This document shows, piece after piece, positions 52,361 to 64,000 of a stretch of 64,000 nucleotides of DNA (position 1 is its first letter; every line of letters starts with the position of its first letter). This DNA is from Eledone cirrhosa (Eukaryota). The notes under the pieces are model-generated. The model saw only the letters and a program-made list of their open reading frames with translations, was not told the DNA's origin and did not search any database. Location: positions 310,001 through 374,000 of the forward strand of contig OZ024763.1 of assembly GCA_964016885.1 (NCBI GenBank), given 5' to 3'. A program made the translations under genes and the position numbers.

Positions 52361-52553
52361 AGGCGGTGGATTGGCAGTATCGGTAGAGGGTCGGACACCA
52401 TGCTTTGCAGCATAGAGTTACGTCCCTTTATGATCTGAGTTCAAATCCCGCCGCGAGGTTAACTTTGCCTTTCATACTTACATGGTTGATAAAATAAAGT
52501 ACCAGTAATACACTGGGTGGTTGCTGGCCTTGTGCCAAAAAGTAGAAACAATT
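52361..52553 (+). mobile_element. SINE family S3, near full length
   Basis: GGCGGTGGATTGGCAGTATCGGTAGAG head, B box, central domain and tail. Confidence 0.8.
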
Positions 52554-52654
52554 ATCTTTATTAATGTGAATATTATTAGCTGGACACTGCAGACTACAGC
52601 ACAGACAATTGCTTCATACACCCCCTTCCTCCCCCCTCTCTCTCTATATATATA

Positions 52655-54160
52655 TATCACCACCACCACCATCACCATTATATATATATATCACCACTGC
52701 CACCAGCACACCACTCTCACCACCACCACCACCACCACTCTCATCACCACCACCACCATCACTCTCACCCCCACCACCACCACCCTCACCGCATCTATCA
52801 CCACCACCACCACCACTCTCACCACCACCACCACTCTCACCACCACCCTCACCACATCTATCACCACCACCACCACCATCACCACCACTCTCACCCCCAC
52901 CACCATCACCCTAACCACATCTATCACCACCACTCTCACCACCACCACTCTCATCACCGCCACCACCACCACCACTCTCACCACCACTCCCCCCACCCCC
53001 CACCACTCTCACCACATCTATCACAACCACCACCACCACCACTCTCACCACCACCACCACCACCACTCTCACCCCCACCACCATCACCCTAACCACATCT
53101 ATCACCACCACTCTCACCACCACTCCCCCTCCCCACCACTCTCACCACATCTATCACAACCACCACCACCACCACTCTCACCCCCCCTCTCACCCCTCCC
53201 CCTCTCACCACCACCACCACCACCACCACCACCACCACCACAACCACCACCACTCTCACCCCCCACTCTTATCACCACCACCACCACCACCACCACCACC
53301 ACAACCACCACCACTCTCACCCCCCCACTCTTATCACCACCACCACCACCACCACCACCACCACCACCACCACAACTCCACCATGACATCTGTTACAAAA
53401 CCAATTTTGTCTTCTCAACAACCTTTGCTCCTTTACACAATACTACACCACACACTTCTATCACACACACACACACCACACACTTCTATCACACACACAC
53501 ACCACACACGCTTTCTACACACACACACACACACACTTTCATTGCTGTCACACACACTCTCTCTCTACACACAGACACATATATTGCTGTCACTCTCTCT
53601 CTACCATCTCTCTCGTCCTCTCACTCTCTCTCTCTCTCTATCATCTCTGTCTCTCTCTCCCCCTCTCTCACTCTCTCTCCCTCTTTCTCTACCATCTCTG
53701 TTTCTCTCTCCCCCTCTCTCACTCTCTCTCTCTGTACACACACACACACATATATTGCTGTCACTCTCTCTCTCTATCTACCATCTCTCTCTCACTCTCT
53801 CTACCATCTCTCTCTCACTCTCTCTACCATCTCACCCTCTCTCTACCATCTCTGTCTCTCTCTACCATCTCTGTCTCTCTCTCTCTCTCTCTCCCCTCTC
53901 TCACTCTCTCTCTCTCTCTCTCTCTACCATCTCTGTCTCTCTCTCCCCCTCTCTCACTCTCTCTCTACCATCTCTGTCTCTCTCTCTCCCCCTCTCTCAC
54001 TCTCTACCATCTCTCTCTCTCTCTCCCCTCTCTCACTCACTCTCTCTCTCTCTACCATCTCTGTCTCTCTCTCCCCCTCTCTCACTCTCTCTCTCTATCT
54101 CATCTTTCATTACTCTCTCTACACAGACATCCATCTCTGTCACTCTCTCTCCCCTCCTTC
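52655..54160. repeat. (CCA)n-rich then (CT)n-rich low-complexity fields
   Basis: Direct inspection. Confidence 0.9.
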
Positions 54161-54547
54161 CCACCACCAATACGGGGGGGGGGGCCCTCATACATAATTC
54201 ATTACTTTATCTGTATGTCTCTGTATATGTGTGTGTGTGTGTGTGTCTCTCACAGTTTGTGTATATGTGTGTGTCTGTGTATGTGTGCCTCTCTCTGCCC
54301 CTGTATACTTGTGCGTGTGTGTCTGTATCTGTATTTGTGCGTGAGTGTTTGTGCATTTGTGTGTGTGTTTGTGTATCAGTGTGTGTGTGTGTATCAGAGT
54401 GTGTGTGTGTTTGTGTATCAGTGTGTGTGTGTTTGTGTATCAGAGTGTGTGGTGTGTGTGTGTGTTTGTGTATCAGTGTGTGTGTGTGTGTGTGTGTTTG
54501 TGCGTCTATTAGTGTGTGTGTTTGTGTATCAGTGTGTGTGTTTGTGC

Positions 54548-57500
54548 ATTTGTGAGTGTGTCTCTGTATTTGTGAGTGTGTGTGTGTATCTGTATTTGTG
54601 AGTGTGTGTGTGTCTCTGTATTTGTGAGTGTGTGTGTGTATCTGTATTTGTGAGTGTGTGTGTGTATCTGTATTTGTGAGTGTGTGTGTGTCTCTGTATT
54701 TGTGAGTGTGTGTGTGTCTCTGTATTTGTGAGTGTGTGTGTATCTGTATTTGTGAGTGTGTGTGTGTCTCTGTATTTGTGAGTGTGTGTGTGTCTCTGTA
54801 TTTGTGAGTGTGTGTGTGTCTCTGTATTTGTGAGTGTGTGTGTGTCTCTGTATTTGTGAGTGTGTGTGTGTCTCTGTATTTGTGAGTGTGTGTGTGTCTC
54901 TGTATTTGTGAGTGTGTGTGTGTCTCTGTATTTGTGAGTGTGTGTGTGTCTCTGTATTTGTGAGTGTGTGTGTGTATCTGTATTTGTGAGTGTGTGTGTG
55001 TCTCTGTATTTGTGAGTGTGTGTGTGTCTCTGTATTTGTGAGTGTGTGTGTGTATCTGTATTTGTGAGTGTGTCTCTGTATTTGTGAGTGTGTGTGTGTA
55101 TCTGTATTTGTGAGTGTGTGTGTGTCTCTGTATTTGTGAGTGTGTGTGTGTATCTGTATTTGTGAGTGTGTGTGTGTCTCTGTATTTGTGAGTGTGTGTG
55201 TGTATCTGTATTTGTGAGTGTGTGTGTGTATCTGTATTTGTGAGTGTGTGTGTGTATCTGTATTTGTGAGTGTGTGTGTGTATCTGTATTTGTGAGTGTG
55301 TGTGTGTATCTGTATTTGTGAGTGTGTGTGTGTATCTGTATTTGTGAGTGTGTGTGTGTCTCTGTATTTGTGAGTGTGTGTGTGTCTCTGTATTTGTGAG
55401 TGTGTGTGTGTCTCTGTATTTGTGAGTGTGTGTGTGTCTCTGTATTTGTGAGTGTGTGTGTGTATCTGTATTTGTGAGTGTGTGTGTGTCTCTGTATTTG
55501 TGAGTGTGTGTGTGTCTCTGTATTTGTGAGTGTGTGTGTGTATCTGTATTTGTGAGTGTGTGTGTGTCTCTGTATTTGTGAGTGTGTGTGTGTCTCTGTA
55601 TTTGTGAGTGTGTGTGTGTCTCTGTATTTGTGAGTGTGTGTGTGTCTCTGTATTTGTGAGTGTGTGTGTGTATCTGTATTTGTGAGTGTGTGTGTGTCTC
55701 TGTATTTGTGAGTGTGTGTGTGTATCTGTATTTGTGAGTGTGTGTGTGTATCTGTATTTGTGAGTGTGTGTGTGTATCTGTATTTGTGAGTGTGTGTGTG
55801 TCTCTGTATTTGTGAGTGTGTGTGTGTCTCTGTATTTGTGAGTGTGTGTGTGTGTATCTGTATTTGTGAGTGTGTGTGTGTCTCTGTATTTGTGAGTGTG
55901 TGTGTGTATCTGTATTTGTGAGTGTGTGTGTGTCTCTGTATTTGTGAGTGTGTGTGTGTCTCTGTATTTGTGAGTGTGTGTGTGTCTCTGTATTTGTGAG
56001 TGTGTGTGTGTATCTGTATTTGTGAGTGTGTGTGTGTCTCTGTATTTGTGAGTGTGTGTGTGTCTCTGTATTTGTGAGTGTGTGTGTGTCTCTGTATTTG
56101 TGAGTGTGTGTGTGTATCTGTATTTGTGAGTGTGTGTGTGTCTCTGTATTTGTGAGTGTGTGTGTGTCTCTGTATTTGTGAGTGTGTGTGTGTCTCTGTA
56201 TTTGTGAGTGTGTGTGTGTATCTGTATTTGTGAGTGTGTCTCTGTATTTGTGAGTGTGTGTGTGTATCTGTATTTGTGAGTGTGTGTGTGTCTCTGTATT
56301 TGTGAGTGTGTGTGTGTATCTGTATTTGTGAGTGTGTGTGTGTATCTGTATTTGTGAGTGTGTGTGTGTCTCTGTATTTGTGAGTGTGTGTGTGTATCTG
56401 TATTTGTGAGTGTGTGTGTGTCTCTGTATTTGTGAGTGTGTGTGTGTCTCTGTATTTGTGAGTGTGTGTGTGTATCTGTATTTGTGAGTGTGTGTGTGTC
56501 TCTGTATTTGTGAGTGTGTGTGTGTCTCTGTATTTGTGAGTGTGTGTGTGTCTCTGTATTTGTGAGTGTGTGTGTGTATCTGTATTTGTGAGTGTGTCTC
56601 TGTATTTGTGAGTGTGTGTGTGTATCTGTATTTGTGAGTGTGTGTGTGTCTCTGTATTTGTGAGTGTGTGTGTGTATCTGTATTTGTGAGTGTGTGTGTG
56701 TATCTGTATTTGTGAGTGTGTGTGTGTCTCTGTATTTGTGAGTGTGTGTGTGTATCTGTATTTGTGAGTGTGTGTGTGTCTCTGTATTTGTGAGTGTGTG
56801 TGTGTATCTGTATTTGTGAGTGTGTGTGTGTCTCTGTATTTGTGAGTGTGTGTGTGTCTCTGTATTTGTGAGTGTGTGTGTGTATCTGTATTTGTGAGTG
56901 TGTGTGTGTATCTGTATTTGTGAGTGTGTGTGTGTATCTGTATTTGTGAGTGTGTGTGTGTCTCTGTATTTGTGAGTGTGTGTGTGTCTCTGTATTTGTG
57001 AGTGTGTGTGTGTATCTGTATTTGTGAGTGTGTGTGTGTATCTGTATTTGTGAGTGTGTGTGTGTCTCTGTATTTGTGAGTGTGTGTGTGTATCTGTATT
57101 TGTGAGTGTGTGTGTGTCTCTGTATTTGTGAGTGTGTGTGTGTCTCTGTATTTGTGAGTGTGTGTGTGTATCTGTATTTGTGAGTGTGTGTGTGTATCTG
57201 TATTTGTGAGTGTGTGTGTGTCTCTGTATTTGTGAGTGTGTGTGTGTCTCTGTATTTGTGAGTGTGTGTGTGTATCTGTATTTGTGAGTGTGTGTGTGTA
57301 TCTGTATTTGTGAGTGTGTGTGTGTATCTGTATTTGTGAGTGTGTGTGTGTATCTGTATTTGTGAGTGTGTGTGTGTCTCTGTATTTGTGAGTGTGTGTG
57401 TGTCTCTGTATTTGTGAGTGTGTGTGTGTATCTGTATTTGTGAGTGTGTGTGTGTATCTGTATTTGTGAGTGTGTGTGTGTATCTGTATTTGTGAGTGTG

Positions 57501-57672
57501 TGTGTGTCTCTGTATTTGTGAGTGTGTGTGTGTCTCTGTATTTGTGAGTGTGTGTGTGTCTCTGTATTTGTGAGTGTGTGTGTGTCTCTGTATTTGTGAG
57601 TGTGTGTGTGTATCTGTATTTGTGAGTGTGTGTGTGTATCTGTATTTGTGAGTGTGTGTGTGTATCTGTATT
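54548..57672. repeat. 26-bp minisatellite TCTGTATTTGTGAGTGTGTGTGTGTM, about 120 units
   Basis: Unit counted directly. Confidence 0.97.
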
Positions 57673-57799
57673 GTTGTCTGTGTATTTGTTGGTGTCTGTG
57701 CATAATTGTCTATATATAGGTGTGTGTGTGTGTATATTGATGCGTGTGTGTACGTGTACATACATGTGTATGTGTATGTGCTTCTGCCTGTGTGTATAT

Positions 57800-58980
57800 A
57801 TGTGTGTGTGCCTCCGTGTGTGTACCTCTGTGTGTGTGTGTATCCCTGTGTGTGTGTGCCTCTGTGTGTGTGTGCCTCCATGTGTGTGTACCTCTGGTGT
57901 GTGTACCTCCGTGTGTGCCTCCGTGTGTGCCTCCATGTGTGTGTACCTCTGGTGTGTGTACCTCCGTGTGTGCCTCCGTGTGTGTGTGTACCTCCGTGTG
58001 TGCCTCCGTGTGTGTGTACCTCCGTGTGTGCCTCCGTGTGTGTGTGTACCTCTGTGTGTGTACCTCTGTGTGTGTGTGCCTCCATGTGTGTACCTCTGTG
58101 TGTGCCTCCGTGTGTGTGTACCTCTGTGTGTGTGTGTGTACCTCCGTGTGTGTGTGTGTACCTCCGTGTGTGTACCTCTGGTGTGTGTACCTCTGTGTGT
58201 GTGTGTGCCTCCGTGTGTGTTTGCCTCTAGTGTGTGTACCTCTGTGTGTGTGTGTACCTCTGTGTGTATGTACCTCTGTGTGTGTGTGTACCTCCGTGTG
58301 TGTACCTCTGTGTGTGTGCCTCTGTGTGTGTGTGTGTGCCTCCGTGTGTGTGTACCTCCGTGTGTGTACCTCTGTGTGTGTGTACCTCTGTGTGCGCCTC
58401 CGTGTGTGTACCTGTGTGTGTGTGTGTACCTCCGTGTGTGTACCTGTGTGTGTGTACCTCTGTGTGTGTGTGTGTACCTCCGGTGTGTGTGCCTCTGTGT
58501 GTGTGTGTGTACATCCGTGTGTGTACCTCTGTGTGTGTGTGTACCTCTGTGTGTGTGTGTACCTCTGGTGTGTGTGTACCTCCGTGTGTGTGTGTACCTC
58601 TGGTGTGTGTGCCTCTGTGTGTGTGTGTGTACATCCGTGTGTGTACCTCTGTGTGTGTGTGTACCTCTGGTGTGTGTGTACCTCTGGTGTGTGTGTACCT
58701 CCGTGTGTGTGTGTACCTCTGGTGTGTGTACCTCTGTGTGTGTGTGTGTACCTCCGGTGTGTGTGCCTCTGTGTGTGTGTGTGTACATCCGTGTGTGTGC
58801 CTCTGTGTGTGTGTGTGTACATCCGTGTGTGTACCTCTGTGTGTGTGTGTGTACATCCGTGTGTGTACCTCTGTGTGTGTGTGTACCTCTGGTGTGTGTG
58901 TGTACCTCTGTGTGTGTGTGTACCTCTGTGTGTGTGTGTACCTCTGGTGTGTGTACTTCTGGTGTGTGTGCCTCTGTGTG
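57800..58980. repeat. (GT)nRCCTCY compound minisatellite
   Basis: Direct inspection. Confidence 0.93.
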
Positions 58981-59066
58981 GGTGTGTGTATGTGAGGTGG
59001 ATGTGGAGGTGAGCCAGTATTCAATATCAAGCTGTTGCCACATTTAATGTCTTTCCCCAGCCAAGT

Positions 59067-59652
59067 ACTACACCACACTACTCCACACTACACTACTCCA
59101 CACTACACTACACCACACTACACTACTCCACACTACACTACTCCACACTACACTACTCCACACTACACTACTCCACACTACACTACACTACACCACACTA
59201 CACTACTCCACACTACACTACACCACACTACACCACACCACACTACACCACACTACACCACACTACACTACTCCATACTACACCACAATACACTACACCC
59301 CACCACACTACACTACACCACACTACACCACACTACACTACTCCATACTACACCACAATACACTACACCCCACCACACTACACTACACCATAACATACTA
59401 CACCATAACCTCACACCACACCACAGTATACTGTACTACACCACACCTAACTATAACATATTACACCACACTGCACCATACTACCACACCACACTACACC
59501 TCACCACACCACACTAGACCTCACCACACTACACCACACCTCACCATAACATATTACACCACACCACACCACACTACACTACACTACACCATACTACACT
59601 ACACTACACTACACTACACCACACCAGAATACCCTCCACTACACTACACCAC
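59067..59652. repeat. (CACTA/CACCA)n pentanucleotide array
   Basis: Direct inspection. Confidence 0.9.
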
Positions 59653-59738
59653 ACTCAGTTCAGACCAAACTTTATCTGGAAACAAACAAATATATTTGAT
59701 ATACAATAAACTGACACAGAACTCAGCCAGCTTCATCA

Positions 59739-59826
<88 letters not shown>

Positions 59827-59855
59827 CATATATATATATACATATATATATATGC

Positions 59856-60132
59856 AAAGTTTTATTTAAATTGTTGGGTTACAACGAGTAAATATTTATA
59901 ACTGATATAAAAGCACTCAACAAGTATTTGGAGTATATTTACGATATTAAATAAATGGAAACTATATTTATAAAACCATATTTATTTCATTATATATATT
60001 TCAGGGATATAAGACTGTTTATATTGTATTTTGTCTGAAGAAGGCATAACATATTTTTAATATGATATCCCTGAAATATATATAATGAAATAAATATGGT
60101 TTTATAAATATAGCTTCCATTTATTTAATATC

Positions 60133-60135
<3 letters not shown>
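59856..60135. mobile_element. Fold-back hammerhead element, family A (tailed arm on minus)
   Basis: 59941-60010 inverted with 60065-60134; tail 59856-59940 homologous to the reverse complement of 10345-10425. Confidence 0.8.
60027..60092 (+). ncRNA. Minimal type I hammerhead ribozyme
   Basis: TATTTTGT CTGAAGA aggcataacata..tatgatatccct GAAA TATATA TA ATGAAATA. Confidence 0.75.
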
Positions 60136-60173
<38 letters not shown>

Positions 60174-60174
60174 C

Positions 60175-60211
<37 letters not shown>

Positions 60212-60629
60212 GGTGCTGCTGTATGGGTCTGAGACTTGGACACTGACCAAGAAACTCACTCAGATGGTGGATGGGTGCTACACGAGAATGCTGAGGATGG
60301 CTCTGAACATTAATCAGTATACACTGAGGATGAAAAACTCAGAGCTGTATGGGAGCCTCCCAAAAGTCAGCTCAAAAGTGACAGAGAGGAGACTGACGTT
60401 AGCTGGACATGCTCACCGACATCCAGAGTTGACATTGCACTCGGTGCTCCTTTGGGAGCCCCTACATGGACACACTAGAAGAGGAAGACCAAGGTTAACG
60501 TATGTTGATGCCCTAAGGACAGACACTGGTCTGTTGGAGACGCAGGACATGGCAGCGATAATGAGGGACAGAGACCGCTGGAGGGAACTCGTCCATGGAT
60601 CTCGGGAATTTTACCCGCCTTAGTTAGAT

Positions 60630-60632
<3 letters not shown>
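60212..60632 (+). mobile_element. RTE-X-like LINE 3' end (136-aa open C-terminal fragment)
   Basis: LLYGSETWTLTK..DGCYTRMLRMALN..RRLTLAGH..RGRPRLTYVD. Confidence 0.85.
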
Positions 60633-60686
<54 letters not shown>

Positions 60687-60849
60687 ATGTAAAATCTGCT
60701 TCGTAGAATCAAGACGTATCCGAGGACCGTGCGATTTCAGAGTCAGGTTTGATCACCACATCGATCATGCCTCGAGCTGGTTGCCCGAGAAACAATTGTA
60801 ATATGTCCAATAAATTCCTTTTGTCGCAACACTGATTTTCTTTTTTCTG

Positions 60850-60949
<100 letters not shown>

Positions 60950-61034
60950 GTATGTATATATATATATATATATATATGTTGATTTAAAACTGCACTATCC
61001 ACAAGTGTTTTTTAGCCTTCATATCATGTTCTCC

Positions 61035-61105
61035 TGTTTTATCTGATGAAAACACAAATATTATTGCATGATGATGTTTGTTTTTGAAATGCGCATAATA
61101 AAATA
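61035..61105 (+). ncRNA. Minimal type I hammerhead ribozyme in element family F (60978-61229)
   Basis: TGTTTTAT CTGATGA aaacacaaatattatt-gcat-gatgatgtttgttttt GAAA TGCGCA TA ATAAAATA; palindromic stem III. Confidence 0.85.
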
Positions 61106-61289
61106 CATGGAACTCCTTTAACCATCTTTTGATCTTATATTATGTATACTCCAGTCCTACAAACTGTAGAGTGCTTCTTATCCGATATCTGCATTGCTTT
61201 ATTGTACTACAATAAAACTCACCTCCTACATATATATATATATATATATAGATAGATAGATAGATAGATATAAGTGGTTATAACCATGT

Positions 61290-61339
61290 CCATTACGAGC
61301 TGAGGATCCGCTAAGGTGAAACAATTGTTCTCTGTATGG
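61290..61339 (+). ncRNA. Minimal type I hammerhead ribozyme in element family G (61272-61429)
   Basis: ccattacgag CTGAGGA tcc-gctaa-ggt GAAA CAATTG TT ctctgtatgg; palindromic stem III. Confidence 0.7.
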
Positions 61340-61425
61340 TGAACTAACTGTTGTGTAACCACTTCTACCTAACTCGTCCCATGGACTGAGTGCTCTACCA
61401 CTACGGATATTACCTTCCAGTGTTC

Positions 61426-61547
<122 letters not shown>

Positions 61548-61550
61548 AAA

Positions 61551-61920
61551 TGGAAGCACATGGCTTAGTGATTAGAGCATTGGCCTTGCAATCGAAAGGT
61601 TGTAAGTTCAATTCTCAGACCGGGTGATGTGTTGTTTCCTTGAGCAAGACACTTTATTTCACATTGCTCCAGTTTACTCAGCTGTAGAAATGAGATGATA
61701 GGGACTGGGGTGGAGGTGCCACGGCAAAAAAGCACCCAGCACTCACTGTAAATGAGGTTGGTGTTAGGAAGGGCATCCAGCTGTAGAAATCAAGCCAGAA
61801 TCAGTTCCCGTATGAGCAAGACAAGGTCAGCCGACCGGACACTGCCCACAACAGGAGGACCCGTCTAACCCATGCTAGCGTGGAAGAATGGATGTAAAGC
61901 AGTGAGGAGGATGATGATGA
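61551..61920 (+). mobile_element. SINE family S1, full length with the long RTE tail
   Basis: A and B boxes, CORE-like block, RTE 3' UTR, (GAT)n. Confidence 0.88.
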
Positions 61921-61924
61921 TATG

Positions 61925-61964
61925 TTTATATATATTTATATACACACATAAACATACACACACG

Positions 61965-61996
<32 letters not shown>

Positions 61997-63630
61997 AACA
62001 AAATTTGTGTGTTTTTTCAATAAAAAAAATAAAAAAAATAGCATAATAAACACAATGAGGTGAACACAATAAGAAAATAAATGTTTCTACTTTTGGCACA
62101 AGGCTAGCAATAACCCAGTGCATTACTGGTACTTTATTTATATACACACACACATAAACATACACACACGCACACACACATATATATATAAACAAAATTT
62201 GTGTGTTTTTTCAATAAAAAATAAAAAAAATAGCATAATAAACACAATGAGGTGAACACAATAAGAAAATAATTGTTTCTACTTTTGGCACAAGGCTAGC
62301 AATAACCCAGTGCATTACTGGTACTTTATTTATATACACACACACATAAACATACACACACGCACACACATATATATATAAACAAAATTTGTGTGTGTTT
62401 TCAATAAAAAGAATTAAAATAATACCATAATAAACACAATGAGGTGAACACAATAAGAAAATAAATGTTTCTACTTTTGGCACAAGGCTAGCAATAACCC
62501 AGTGCATTACTGGTACTTTATTTATATACACACACATAAACATACACACACGCACACACACATATATATATATAAACAAAATTTGTGTGTGTTTTCAATA
62601 AAAAAAAAAAATATAGCATAATAAACACAATGAGGTGAACACAATAAGAAAATAAATGTTTCTACTTTTGGCACAAGGCTAGCAATAACCCAGTGCATTA
62701 CTGGTACTTTATTTATATGCACACACACATAAACATACACAAACGCACACACACACACATATATATAAACAAAATTTGTGTGTGTTTTCAATAAAAAATA
62801 AAAAAAATAGCATAATAAACACAATGAGGTGAACACAATAAGAAAATAAATGTTTCTACTTTTGGCACAAGGCTAGCAATAACCCAGTGCATTACTGGTA
62901 CTTTATTTATATACACACACACATAAACATACACACACGCACACACACATATATATATAAACAAAATTTGTGTGTGTTTTCAATAAAAAAATTAAAAAAA
63001 TACCATAATAAACACAATGAGGTGAACACAATAAGAAAATAATTGTTTCTACTTTTGGCACAAGGCTAGCAATAACCCAGTGCATTACTGGTACTTTATT
63101 TATATACACACACACATAAACATACACACACGCACACACACACATATATATATAAACAAAATTTGTGTGTGTTTTCAATAAAAAATTAAAAAAATACCAT
63201 AATAAACACAATGAGGTGAACACAATAAGAAAATAATTGTTTCTACTTTTGGCACAAGGCTAGCAATAACCCAGTGCATTACTGGTACTTTATTTATATA
63301 CACACACACATAAACATACACACACGCACACACAGACATATATATATAAACAAAATTTGTGTGTGTTTTCAATAAAAAAAATTAAAAAAATACCATAATA
63401 AACACAATGAGGTGAACACAATAAGAAAATAATTGTTTCTACTTTTGGCACAAGGCTAGCAATAACCCAGTGCATTACTGGTACTTTATTTATATACACA
63501 CACACATAAACATACACACACGCACACACACATATATATATAAACAAAATTTGTGTGTGTTTTCAATTAAAAAAAAAATTTAGCATAATAAACACAATGA
63601 GGTGAACACAACAAGAAAATAAATGTTCAT
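61925..63630. repeat. About 193-bp tandem repeat, about 9 units, each containing an S3 SINE 3' end (minus)
   Basis: CATAATAAACACAATGAGG recurs every about 190-195 bp; TGTTTCTACTTTTGGCACAAGGC..CTGGTACTTTATTT matches the S3 tail. Confidence 0.93.
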
Positions 63631-64000
63631 TTATTCAGCTGCTGTCTGTAGGTTACAAAAGGTTTCCACAGGTTACATAATAATAAGGTTTTGATGTATA
63701 CAGTGGGACTGGAAACCACTGCTGCATCAATAGCTTTTAATGCTCTAGCTAGCAGCAAATAGGGAAATCAAGGAATGGATACATAGAATGTGAGAATCCT
63801 TTGAGATAAGGAAATGAGGTACCTATTGAAATTGTCTTTGACAAGCAATATGGCTGCTGTGAAGAGAAACGCTGATAACAAAACTAATAGATTCTTTTGA
63901 ATGTTAAAAGATGTGTAGATGTGTGCAGGTAAAAGAGGAAGGATTTTTGGTCTTGGTGACCTAGAATGAAGGAGGGGGTGGGAATTGTAAGGAAGTTAAA

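Noticed and set aside
54207-59078. Very long ORFs of up to 1504 aa
   Set aside because: Translations of 26-bp and (GT)n minisatellites, open in several frames, with no domain content

Overview
This is gene-free, extremely repeat-dense animal DNA. An octopus or other cephalopod origin is inferred from the SINE/RTE repertoire and the (TA)n density. I found no host protein-coding exon, and almost every ORF in the track is a translated micro- or minisatellite. Real coding remnants are all from transposons: two 5'-truncated RTE-clade LINEs (RT with an inserted PHD-like finger), RTE-X-like and CR1-like 3' ends, an internally deleted Tc1 element and a DD37D (maT-type) element. There are also three tRNA-derived SINE families, a bipartite non-autonomous RTE derivative and piggyBac-like MITEs. 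The main signal missed by the ORF track is about 20 short non-coding insertions from at least six sequence families, nearly all in (TA)n tracts. They carry minimal type I hammerhead ribozyme folds, are often arranged as asymmetric fold-backs, and share a 3' ACTC..GAGTRCT hairpin a few nt beyond the fixed end of the inverted arm. This architecture resembles Penelope-like element pseudo-LTRs and retrozymes. At least four minisatellite arrays were visibly seeded from inside LINE/SINE sequence. All folds and alignments were done by eye; coordinates are approximate to a few bases.
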